A DNA stretch of 63,970 nucleotides, the filler included, from Octopus bimaculoides (lineage: Eukaryota): NCBI RefSeq assembly GCF_001194135.2. It is 7 parts of 7 records of this genome, joined end to end, with 100 filler letters (N's around TTAATTAATTAA, not from the genome) between each part and the next. Parts side by side here need not be neighbours in the genome. Positions count along the whole stretch, not along the records: positions 1 to 31,794 come from NC_068987.1; 6 more parts are not named here. One strand, given 5' to 3'. The stretch's first letter is position 1. Each line of letters begins with the position of its first letter. The notes under the pieces were generated by a model. The model was not told the DNA's origin. It did not search any database and saw only the letters and a list, made by a program, of their open reading frames with translations. Shown here piece after piece: positions 1 through 10,150 of the stretch. The translations under genes and the position numbers were made by a program.

Positions 1-86
1 AAATAAGGATAAGATCGATATTTTAAATATTGATTTTATCAAGTGGCCAGCATGGGAATAAAAACCATCAAAGGTAACAATTATTT

Positions 87-363
87 AAAATTATAATATA
101 GGGTATCTAAGAGATACTGCCACGCTGAAAATAACAGTCAAATCTTGACTCTAAACCACAATAAATGTTCATATAGCACGAAGAGCGAAGACGAAGATAA
201 AATAAACTAGCAAAAATACTGGATAATTCCAGTATTTTGCTAGTTCATTTTATCTTCGTCTTTGCTCTTCGTGCTATATGAACATTTATTGTGGTTTAGA
301 GTCAAGATTTGACTGTTATTTTCAGCGTGGCGGTATCTCTTAGATACCCTATATTATAATTTT
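87..363. repeat. Near-perfect foldback inverted repeat (MITE-like)
   Basis: Arms 87-223 and 228-363 with a 4-nt loop (TAAT). Manual comparison gives 3 substitutions and 1 indel. Confidence 0.93.
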
Positions 364-587
364 ATATATATAAATATGTAGTCAATAAAACGTATATCAG
401 AAAAGAAGCACATTCTGAAGAATAGAGCAGTAATTATCACAACAAAAATTAAAATTTTGGACATAGAGTTACCAAAGGGATACATGTGAGTGTTGGTGTA
501 TATAATGTGTCCATGTTCATATGCATGTTATGTGCATGTTATGTCGGCAACAGGAATTACATGTGCATGCATATACGTATGTGTGTG

Positions 588-895
588 TCGTCGTCGTCGT
601 CGTCGTCTAACGTCCGCTTTCCATGCTAGCATGGGTTGGACGATTTGACTGAGGACTGGTGAAACCGGATGGCAACACCAGGCTCCAATCTAATTTGGCA
701 GAGTTTCTACAGCTGGATGCCCTTCCTAACGCCAACCACTCCGAGAGTGTAGTGGGTGCTTTTACGTGTCACCCGCACGAAGGCCAGTCAGGCGGTACTG
801 GCAATGGCCACGCTCATCTCGCTCGAGAAACCTCATGTGTCACCCGCACAAGAGCCAGTCCAGGGGCACCAGCAACGACCCCGCTCGAAAATCCC
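588..895 (-). mobile_element. SINE-like family B copy
   Basis: Contains ctacagctggatgcccttcctaacgccaaccactccgagagtgtagtggg and a (GAC/GAT)n tail on the minus strand. Same family at 5325, 8198, 9838 and 15930. Confidence 0.85.
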
Positions 896-2539
896 ACAAC
901 AACCCCACACAGTACGTTATCATTTTTATGTGTGTATATATAAGTATGTACCTGTGTATAAATGTGCATCGTGTGTATGTGTATACTTATGTATGTGCAT
1001 GTGCTTATATACATGTGTACACATTTGTGCATACTGTATACTTATTTATGAATTTATATCTGAATGCAAGGATATTTATATACTTGTGTGAGTATCTGTG
1101 TGTGCATGCATACATGTGTCTGCGTGTGTGTGTTACATCAGTACATTATGTATATGTACTTAATGTCTATGAACTGTTCAACTCTGGTGTTCTTAAAGTA
1201 ATCCTTCACTCACACTCGTCATGAGTGTAACCACTCCCCCCCCAGCCCTAACGTCCCTCACTCTTCCTTATTCCCACCACCTTCACCTCCACTTCTCACC
1301 TAATACAGTCACATTAAATACCTATACAGACACTCATACATACATACACACACACACACTAACACACACACACACATACACACACACACACTCATACTGA
1401 GAGACCCACAAAAACACACTTACACAAACACGCATGCACACATAGACATACCCCCCTACACACACATGCATTGACATAAATATACATAAACATTCACATA
1501 CGCATATCTCCTCTCTCCTCAGGACATTTCTCCATTACATACATACATACTAATACAAAAACGTACACACATGCATACACTGATACATACACACACTGTT
1601 ATTTATATATATATATATATATNNNNNNNNNNNNNNNNNNNNNNNNNNNNNNNNNNNNNNNNNNNNNNNNNNNNNNNNNNNNNNNNNNNNNNNNNNNNNN
1701 NNNNNNNNNNNNNNNNNNNNNNNNNNNNNNNNNNNNNNNNNNNNNNNNNNNNNNNNNNNNNNNNNNNNNNNNNNNNNNNNNNNNNNNNNNNNNNNNNNNN
1801 NNNNNNNNNNNNNNNNNNNNNNNNNNNNNNNNNNNNNNNNNNNNNNNNNNNNNNNNNNNNNNNNNNNNNNNNNNNNNNNNNNNNNNNNNNNNNNNNNNNN
1901 NNNNNNNNNNNNNNNNNNNNNNNNNNNNNNNNNNNNNNNNNNNNNNNNNNNNNNNNNNNNNNNNNNNNNNNNNNNNNNNNNNNNNNNNNNNNNNNNNNNN
2001 NNNNNNNNNNNNNNNNNNNNNNNNNNNNNNNNNNNNNNNNNNNNNNNNNNNNNNNNNNNNNNNNNNNNNNNNNNNNNNNNNNNNNNNNNNNNNNNNNNNN
2101 NNNNNNNNNNNNNNNNNNNNNNNNNNNNNNNNNNNNNNNNNNNNNNNNNNNNNNNNNNNNNNNNNNNNNNNNNNNNNNNNNNNNNNNNNNNNNNNNNNNN
2201 NNNNNNNNNNNNNNNNNNNNNNNNNNNNNNNNNNNNNNNNNNNNNNNNNNNNNNNNNNNNNNNNNNNNNNNNNNNNNNNNNNNNNNNNNNNNNNNNNNNN
2301 NNNNNNNNNNNNNNNNNNNNNNNNNNNNNNNNNNNNNNNNNNNNNNNNNNNNNNNNNNNNNNNNNNNNNNNNNNNNNNNNNNNNNNNNNNNNNNNNNNNN
2401 NNNNNNNNNNNNNNNNNNNNNNNNNNNNNNNNNNNNNNNNNNNNNNNNNNNNNNNNNNNNNNNNNNNNNNNNNNNNNNNNNNNNNNNNNNNNNNNNNNNN
2501 NNNNNNNNNNNTACTTCAAATAGAATGTCAAACCTTTGA

Positions 2540-3360
2540 AGCTATTTATGCCAGTAGCAGCAGCAGTAGTACCGCCACCGCTACTAGCATTAACACCACA
2601 GTTTCGCTGTCTCCACTGCCATCGCCACCACCACCACTGCTGCTGCTGCTGCTGTTGCTGTTATCACCACTGCTTCACTCTGTCTCCGCCACCACCATCA
2701 TTACCACGTCATCAACACCACCAGTAGCACTGTCACCACCATGCCAACATCATCACCACCACCACCTCATCAACACCACCGTCACTACCTCGTCAACACC
2801 TCCACTACCACCGTCATCATCATCATCATCATCACCACCATCACCATCACAACCATCATCATTACCACCACCTCATCACCACCACCACCACTACTGTCAC
2901 CATCATCATCATCATCATCATCATCACCACCATCAACATCACCACTGTCACCATATCCTCTCCGCTACCACCACCACTTCATCAACCCAACCACGCCACC
3001 ATACCAGCACTGTCTCTTCCACTGGCACCACATTACTATTAACATCACCACCACCTCACCAGTATCGCTCCTATCACCACTACCTTCACCACCACCAGCT
3101 CACCATCTCCACCATCCAACACCGTCACCACAACTACAACCAGCACCATCATCATCATCATCATCATCATCATCATTGCTATTACTACTGCTACCAGTAG
3201 CACTATCACCACCACCACAATCAACACTGCTACCACCACAGGCTCATCATCTTCTTCACCATCCAACGCCATAACAACTACCACTACCACAACCAGCTGC
3301 ACCACCACCATCACCGCCACAGTCACTGCTACCACCACTTCCACTACTTTACCGACGCCA
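2540..3360. repeat. Degenerate (CAC/CAT/CAA)n trinucleotide low-complexity tract
   Basis: Runs of accacc/atcatc that produce poly-H, poly-T, poly-S and poly-P ORFs in several frames. Confidence 0.9.
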
Positions 3361-3869
3361 GCATCCAAAATCATCCCTGTATGGGTTCTCAAAGCCTGAG
3401 TCTGTTCGTAGTTGGAGTTACTATCCTCCAAGACAGCTCATGGACCACAGATTCTTTCACTCGTTCGTTACATCGTGGCATTGTTTCTGTGGCTGGATAC
3501 CCTGCCTGTCACCAACTACTTTACAGAGTGTAATTTACTGAGTGTAATTTATCATGGCACCAGCATCAGAGAGGTTGTCATGTCATCAGCAAAACTAAAG
3601 AGTCCTNNNNNNNNNNNNNNNNNNNNNNNNNNNNNNNNNNNNNNNNNNNNNNNNNNNNNNNNATGGCACCAGCATCAGAGAGGTTGTCATGTCATCAGCA
3701 AAACTAAAGAGTCCTCTTAACCCATCATTAACCCTGTTGTGTGGCATGCGTGGTTGGTTGTCTATCTGTCTGTCCGTCTGTCCATCAGTCTAGCTGTTTA
3801 TCTATTTGTCTATGTATCTATGTATATATCTATCTGTTTGTCTGTCTGCCTGCCTGCATGTTTGTCTGC

Positions 3870-4360
3870 ACACACACTACATCTCACACACATACACACT
3901 ACATCATGTATACACACACACATATATTACATCATGCATACATACAAAATATCATGTATGCATACACACACACACAACTACATCTTTAACACATACATAC
4001 TACATCATGTATACACACACACACTACATCTCTGACACATTCATATTACCTCATGCATACTCACACAAAATGTCATGTATGCATACACACATAAACACAC
4101 ACACACTACTACCTCTCTGACACATACATACTACATCATGTATATACACACACGCATATATATTACATCATGCATACACACACACACACTACATCTCTGA
4201 CACGTATGTACTACCTCATGTATACACACACAAAATGTCACATATGCACACACACACACTACATCTCTGACACGTACGCACTACCTCATGGATACACACA
4301 CAAAATGTCACGTATGCATACACACACATACTCACACACACAATATCATGCCACAACACT
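3870..4360. repeat. Degenerate CA-rich minisatellite
   Basis: Repeated cacacactacatctctgacac...tacatcatgtatacacacac units. Confidence 0.75.
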
Positions 4361-4451
4361 CCCAAATACCCCACACACTCATCACTCACACACACGCACC
4401 ACATGCAGCACACTGCTATTGAATGGTCTCCGTTTCTATTCGACCCTGCAG

Positions 4452-4584
4452 CAAATACGTACTGGTTGATCCAACAGAGAAGGAAGAGAAAGTGATGGAT
4501 GGTAAAATGGTGATTGGAATGAATAAATACCGAGAGATTTGTACTCTACAGATGGCAGGTGACATGCTGTTGATGCATGAACAG
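4452..4584 (+). CDS. EXOSC9: EXOSC9/RRP45 internal exon (RNase PH domain 2)
   Basis: Acceptor ccctgcag|C and donor CAG|gtaagt. Translates KYVLVDPTEKEEKVMDGKMVIGMNKYREICTLQMAGDMLLMHEQ, matching recalled human YLLVDPNEREERVMDGLLVIAMNKHREICTIQ. 133 nt, phase 2 to 0. Confidence 0.96.
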
Positions 4585-5324
4585 GTAAGTGGGACTTAGA
4601 GGTACCAGGTTCAAGCCTTGGTCTGTACCTGAATTAACATATAAGTATTAAAGAAAATAAATTTGCAGAGTTGCCACCATCGTCATTTTAATGTCCACAT
4701 ATCCATGGTTTGCATGGATCACATGGAGTTTATTTGAAGCAGATTTTTCTACGGCTGGATGCTCTTCCTGTCATCAACCCTTGCCTGTTTCTGAGTGAGG
4801 TAATAGTTTCCCCATGATCATACATGTTTTGGTGGAAGATTGGAAATGAAGGACACTGCTTGTGTGATAGTGATGCTTCTTTACAACTGTCACGCAATGT
4901 CATGACAAGGAGAAAGAGACAAAGACAGGCTTGATCACGCTGAGCATTCAGGAGGGTCACCAGAATGACATACATCTGGTCAATTGAAGGTTTTAGCTAG
5001 ATGACTGATCCGTGTATATCACTGTTTTTCACATGTGAGTGTATTTGTCATATGGTTTATTTGAGTCTATCTAAATAAATGCGTGTGTGTGTGACGTAGT
5101 GTATACACACATGCACACACGACGGGTTTCTTTCATTTCTCATCATCAAGGCTTTAATCAACCTATACATTAAACTCCACTTGCGAAGACCTGTTGAGGC
5201 AAGTGAAATCGAAATCGAGTTAAATTTGACGTCTGGCACCCATGTCAACGTCGTCTCCCTCATTGGACATGAAACTCAGCTTGCGAAGACTTATTGGGGC
5301 AAGCAAAAGCGAAATTGTGATGGC

Positions 5325-5682
5325 ACCTATGCCCAGCAACGCCTTTCTGGCACTTGTGCCCGCGGCATGTGTAAGGACTTTTGAGCGAGATCGTTGCCAG
5401 TGCCCCTGGACTGGCTCTTGTGCGGGTGGCACATGAAATACACCATTTTGAGCATGGCCGTTGCCAGTACCGCCTGACTGGCCTTCGTGCTGGTGGCACG
5501 TAAAAGCACCCACTACACTCTCGGAGTGGTTGGCGTTAGGAAGGGCATCCAACTGTAGAAACTCTGCCAAATCAGAATGGAGCCTGGTGTAGCCATCTGG
5601 TTCACCAGTCCTCAGTCAAACCGTCCAACCCATGCTAGCATGGAAAGCGGACGTTAAACGACGATGATGATGATGATGATGA
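5325..5682 (+). mobile_element. SINE-like family B copy, inverted relative to the other copies
   Basis: ...ggcgttaggaagggcatccaactgtagaaac...gcggacgttaaacgacgatgatgatg tail; reverse complement of 588-895. Confidence 0.88.
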
Positions 5683-5836
5683 CACTGGATTCAATGCTCC
5701 ACACTGTATAAGATAAATATCAAATATTGATATATATTAATGTTACTAAGAACCTTAGTGTCAGAAAACATCTATTCTAACCACTGTGTTTTCAACCAGT
5801 AAAGGTATTTATTATGTGTAAACCGTATCTTTTCAG

Positions 5837-5925
5837 ATTCTCCGCTGTTCCAATATAGCCGTAGTCAAAGTTACAGAAATAACAGAGCTGATTCAGAAGG
5901 CTTTGGAAAACGATAAGCAGGCTAG
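5837..5925 (+). CDS. EXOSC9: EXOSC9 internal exon
   Basis: tttcag|ATT...GCTAG|gtaagg. Translates ILRCSNIAVVKVTEITELIQKALENDKQA(R); recalled human VLRCSKIAGVKVAEITELILKALENDQKVR. 89 nt, phase 0 to 2, compatible with the previous exon. Confidence 0.96.
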
Positions 5926-6390
5926 GTAAGGGCGATAACTCTACACCAATCTTTTATGTTCGGCTAGAGTTATAATTCTTGATATTTATGCTCTTTTTTT
6001 AAATATAATTATAATAAAAGATTTACGGAGATGTACTTGCGTAGCAAGCGACCTGATCTGAGATCGTGTGCTGGAACGAAAACAATTGCAGCGTGGAAGG
6101 TGTTTATAAGCCATTTAAGAAACAAAATATTTTTGTCGTTTTGAGACCGTGACCTGTTCACTGACAAAATTCTGCACGGAATATTTTGGCAAATTAAATT
6201 TTAATGTTGAAGTGAATCTAACGGTTTTTGTGTGTTTCTTAAATGGCTTCCACGCTGCAATATTTTCTAAAAAATATTCTAAAAAAAAAAATTAAAAGTA
6301 AACTGAGAAAATAAATCAGTTTGAAATTCCTTGAGAATAAAGGTATTTTTTAAGGATTTAATATTATTGTTGTAAAAATTTTGTTTGCAG

Positions 6391-6436
6391 AGCTACTGGT
6401 GCCAAGTTTGGGTTTGCAGAATCTATGGAACCTCAG
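6391..6436 (+). CDS. EXOSC9: EXOSC9 exon, 3' end lost in assembly gap 6437-6754
   Basis: ttgtttgcag|A completes an AGA codon, then ATGAKFGFAESMEPQ; recalled human EGGKFGFAES. Runs into the N gap. Confidence 0.92.
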
Positions 6437-7039
6437 NNNNNNNNNNNNNNNNNNNNNNNNNNNNNNNNNNNNNNNNNNNNNNNNNNNNNNNNNNNNNNNN
6501 NNNNNNNNNNNNNNNNNNNNNNNNNNNNNNNNNNNNNNNNNNNNNNNNNNNNNNNNNNNNNNNNNNNNNNNNNNNNNNNNNNNNNNNNNNNNNNNNNNNN
6601 NNNNNNNNNNNNNNNNNNNNNNNNNNNNNNNNNNNNNNNNNNNNNNNNNNNNNNNNNNNNNNNNNNNNNNNNNNNNNNNNNNNNNNNNNNNNNNNNNNNN
6701 NNNNNNNNNNNNNNNNNNNNNNNNNNNNNNNNNNNNNNNNNNNNNNNNNNNNNNGAATGCAGCTTTGATTTGAGCAGTTCTCTGATCAAAGGCAGTCTAA
6801 CTGACCATCCTGTCTTTTTGCATATCTAAGAATACATAATCCAATGTATTCTTAATTGTTGTTGTTTAGGCCCAGACCAGCTCTGGTCAAGCAAACCTGT
6901 GGTCAAAAAGAATCCATTTGGTAACTGTCCTCTTTTGTGTGTGTATGTGTTTATGTGTCTGCATAATCCGATGTCTTGGTTTCAATTAATTTTGAAAATA
7001 ATTGTTACCTTTTATTATCTTTTACATTTTTTAGTCATT

Positions 7040-7370
7040 TGATTGTGGCCATGCTGGGGCACCACCTTGAAGAATTTTTAGTTGAATGCATTGACCCCAA
7101 TCCATATGTTTTTGAGTCTGATACTTATTCTCTTGATCTCTTTTGTTGAACCACTAAATTATGGGGGATGTAAACACACCATCACTGGTTGTCAAGTGAT
7201 GATCTCTCACAAACACACACACATGATGTGTTTCTTTCAGTTTCTGTCTACCAAATCCACTCAAAGCTTTGGATGACCTGAGGTTATAGTAGAAGGCATT
7301 TGTCCAATGTGCTGCACAGTGGGACTGAACCCAAAACCATATGGTTGGGAAGGAAACTCCTTATAACACA
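7040..7370 (-). mobile_element. Degenerate tRNA-derived SINE family A copy in EXOSC9 intron
   Basis: gtcatttgattgtggccatgctgg...ttctttcagtttctgtctaccaaatccactca...gtgggactgaacc matches the reverse complement of 49105-49515. Confidence 0.75.
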
Positions 7371-7733
7371 GTCAAAGAATTTGTTGAAATAACTTTGTCA
7401 TTATTAAGTTGGTGTTTGGAACATTTTGGAACACATATTAACAAGGTGTTTTGATGGAATATCTCTAGTGTATTGGTATTCTGGTAGAATTATGAAGAAT
7501 TTAGTTAATAATTATGTCATTATTAAATTAGTGTCTGGAACATAAATTACACAGGGAATTTTTATGGAATGTTTCAAGTTAGATTTCTTAGAAACAGAAT
7601 TTATGTCATAGAATTCGTGGGGAGGGTCATAGGTAAGTTGCTGTCAAAATGGTTAATTTAGCAGGATTGTTTTAAGGTTGATTTAGTTGTTATTTCTTTG
7701 TTTTTTGTTTTATATAATTGATTTCCTTAACAG

Positions 7734-7772
7734 ATTATCAGCAGTGATTCCAGTGAATCCATTAAGCTGTGG
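7734..7772 (+). CDS. EXOSC9: EXOSC9 39-nt exon
   Basis: Pyrimidine-rich acceptor atttccttaacag| and donor |gtaagt. IISSDSSESIKLW joins the next exon to give IKLW-GAGTAKLG, resembling recalled human PVLWTPGTAQIG. Confidence 0.8.
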
Positions 7773-8197
7773 GTAAGTCATATTACTAAATTAAGAATTC
7801 TCTGGAAAGAATGAAGCTAAGCCATTGTGTGTATGTGTGTGTGTGAAGAATATAGCTTAAGTTTGCTCTAAGCCCTGTGAGTGATTTTGGGTTGATGGAA
7901 AATGCTTCCATACAACACCCATCTCACGAATTTTTAACAGTCTGTATGTATAATTCTTATCTTATAGTGTTACACTGAGTATCTCTGAGTATACTGGTGT
8001 TTGTGGAATTGAGCTGTTTTTGCTATATAAGCTTCTAAAATGGATGTAGAAAATATGAAGGGTTGCTTTGGTGTAATGGTTAGCACACCCATCATGTTCA
8101 CAGGAAATGTTGGTTCATGTCCCACAGGCATCATTTGACTTCTTTCTATCCAAGGATTTTAACTTGTTATCTATAGCTTTATCTACTTTGAATTCTA

Positions 8198-8525
8198 TCA
8201 TCATCATCATCGTTTAACGTCCACTTTCCATGCTAGCATGGGTTGGACTATTTGACAGGACTGGCAAGCCAGAAGGCTGAACCAGGCTCCAATCTGATCT
8301 GACAGAGTTTCTACAGCTGGATGCCCTTCCTAACGCCAACCACTCCGAGAGTGTAGTAGGTGCTTTTACGTGCCACCGGCACGAGGGCCAGTCGCAAAGG
8401 ACTGGCAATGGCCACGCTCAAAAAGTGTTTTTTATGTACCACCTGCACGGGAGCCAGTCCAGCGGCACTGGCAACGACCTCGCTCGAATGATTTTCTAAC
8501 GTGCCACTAGCACAAGTGCTAGAAG
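8198..8525 (-). mobile_element. SINE-like family B copy
   Basis: catcatcatcgtttaacgtccactttccatgctagcatggg...ggatgcccttcctaacgccaacc. Confidence 0.88.
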
Positions 8526-8566
8526 GCAACACTGTCTCTTGAAATTTCTAAATTCTTACAAGGTAA

Positions 8567-8690
8567 ATATATATGTGGGTGTATGTCTGTGTATGTTTGC
8601 ATATATATGTGGGTGTATGTCTGTGTATGTTTGTATATATATGTGGGTGTATGTCTGTGTATGTTTGCATATATATGTGTGTATAAGTGG
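8567..8690. repeat. 34-bp minisatellite, about 3.3 copies
   Basis: atatatatgtgggtgtatgtctgtgtatgtttgc at 8567, 8601 and 8635, partial at 8669. Confidence 0.85.
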
Positions 8691-8729
8691 ATGTGTACAT
8701 AATATATCAATATGTGGTGTCTGTTTCAG

Positions 8730-8883
8730 GGTGCTGGAACTGCCAAACTGGGAAGAAACAGTTCTGATATTTCAAGTTCTGATGACAACTCAGAAGTGAT
8801 GGAGCTCAGTCCTCCCCACCCAGCTGTTACAGTTCCTCCTCGTCAAGCAAAACCAAAGTCAACTCTTCCACCAGCAGAATCAG
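8730..8883 (+). CDS. EXOSC9: EXOSC9 exon, C-terminal low-complexity tail
   Basis: ctgtttcag|GGT...TCAG|gtaaag. GAGTAKLGRNSSDISSSDDNSEVMELSPPHPAVTVPPRQAKPKSTLPPAES. 154 nt, phase 0 to 1. Confidence 0.85.
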
Positions 8884-9012
8884 GTAAAGTGTTATTGTTA
8901 TGAGCCCCCAAATGCAGCCATAATCCATTAAATCTATGGGTGGGGATAAGTGTACCAATCCTGCTAATTTGGTAGTAGTTGTGGTGGTAGGGTGGTGGTA
9001 CTGGTGGTGGAG

Positions 9013-9226
9013 AAAGGCGGCGAGCTGGCAGAACCGTTAGCACACTGGGCGAAATGCTCACCGGTATTTCGCCCGTACTCCATTCTGAGTTCAAATTCTG
9101 CTGAGGTCGACTTTGCCTTTCATCCTTTCGGGGTCGATAAATTAAGTACCAGTGAAACACTGGGGTCGATGTAATCAATCAGTCCCGTCCCCCCAAATTT
9201 CAGGCTTTGTGCCTAAAGTAGAAAGG
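9013..9226 (+). mobile_element. SINE family C copy
   Basis: aaggcggcgagctggcagaaccgttagc...ctgagttcaaattc...gactttgcctttcatcctttcggggtcgataaattaagtaccag...tgtgcctaaagtagaaag; many copies in the window. Confidence 0.88.
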
Positions 9227-9339
9227 TAATAGTGGTGGAGAATTGGTAGATCAGTTGGCAGAGTGCCTAGTGGTGTTTAATGATGTTCAAATCCCCTGTA
9301 TGTGCAATATTGCCTGTAATTCTTTCAGGGTACCAGCCA

Positions 9340-9665
9340 TGTGTAAAAGTGCATGGCTTAGTGGTTAGGGTATTCTGCTCATGATTGTAAGGCCGTGAGT
9401 TCAATTCATGGCAAGGCATTGTGTCCTTGAGCAAGACACTTTACTTCACGTTGCTCCAGTTCACTCAGCTGGCAAAAACGAGTAGTACCTGTATTTCAAA
9501 GGACCGGCCTTGTCATATTCTGTATGATGCTGAATCTCCCTATGAACTATGTTAAGGGTACACGTGTCTGTGGAGTGCTCAGCCACTTGCATGTTAATTT
9601 CACGAGCAAGCTTTTCCATTGATCAAATCAACAGGAATCGTTGCTGTAACCAACGGAATGCCACC
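9340..9665 (+). mobile_element. tRNA-derived SINE family D variant
   Basis: A-box-like tggcttagtggtt, B-box-like gagttcaattc, and the central ctgtggagtgctcagccacttgcatgttaatttcacgagc shared with 20790, 24045 and 50372. Confidence 0.8.
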
Positions 9666-9837
9666 AACCATGTCCTGAAACTGACCTGATTTTGTACCCC
9701 AAGAAATATGTGGCCTAAGTTACAATAAAAAATTCCTGCCATTGCCATGAACTCTATCACTGCCACAAGTATAGTAGAGCATTGGATGAGATACTTTGCT
9801 GTGTTCAGCTACAACTCATCTTATATCATGATGATGA

Positions 9838-10150
9838 TTATCATCGTTTAACATCCGCTTTCCATACTGGCATGGGTTGGACGATTTGACTGAGGACTGG
9901 CGAACCAGATGGCTGCGCCAGGCTACTCCAATCTGATCTGGCAGAGTTTCTGCAGCTGGATNNNNNNNNNNGCCAGGCTACTCCAATCTGATCTGGCAGA
10001 GTTTCTGCAGCTGGATGCCCTTCCTAATGCCAACCACTCTGAGAGTGTAGTGGGTGCTTTTATGTGCCACTGGTACGAGGGCCAGTCAGGCAGGTACTGG
10101 CAACGGCCACACTCAAATGGTGTTTTTACGTGCCACTTGCACAGGAGCCA
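9838..10150 (-). mobile_element. SINE-like family B copy spanning a 10-N gap
   Basis: Same diagnostic core as 588-895. Confidence 0.85.

Noticed and set aside
460-492. Possible micro-exon ending at a gtgagt donor
   Set aside because: It does not encode the expected upstream EXOSC9 sequence (recalled ...SFAFF..G) and the acceptor is weak.
659-943. Recurrent peptide LAEFLQLDALPNANHSESVVGAF in several ORFs
   Set aside because: It is a chance translation of the family B repeat consensus, not a gene family.
2536-3431. Long His/Thr/Ser/Pro-rich ORFs (up to 181 aa)
   Set aside because: They are translations of degenerate trinucleotide repeats, open in several frames on both strands, with no splice or homology support.
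3553-3715. About 54-bp direct repeat atggcaccagcatcagagagg...gagtcct
   Set aside because: The copies directly flank an N gap, the typical signature of unmerged contig overlap.
9917-10015. Direct duplication within a family B SINE
   Set aside because: It flanks a 10-N gap, so it is an assembly overlap artefact.
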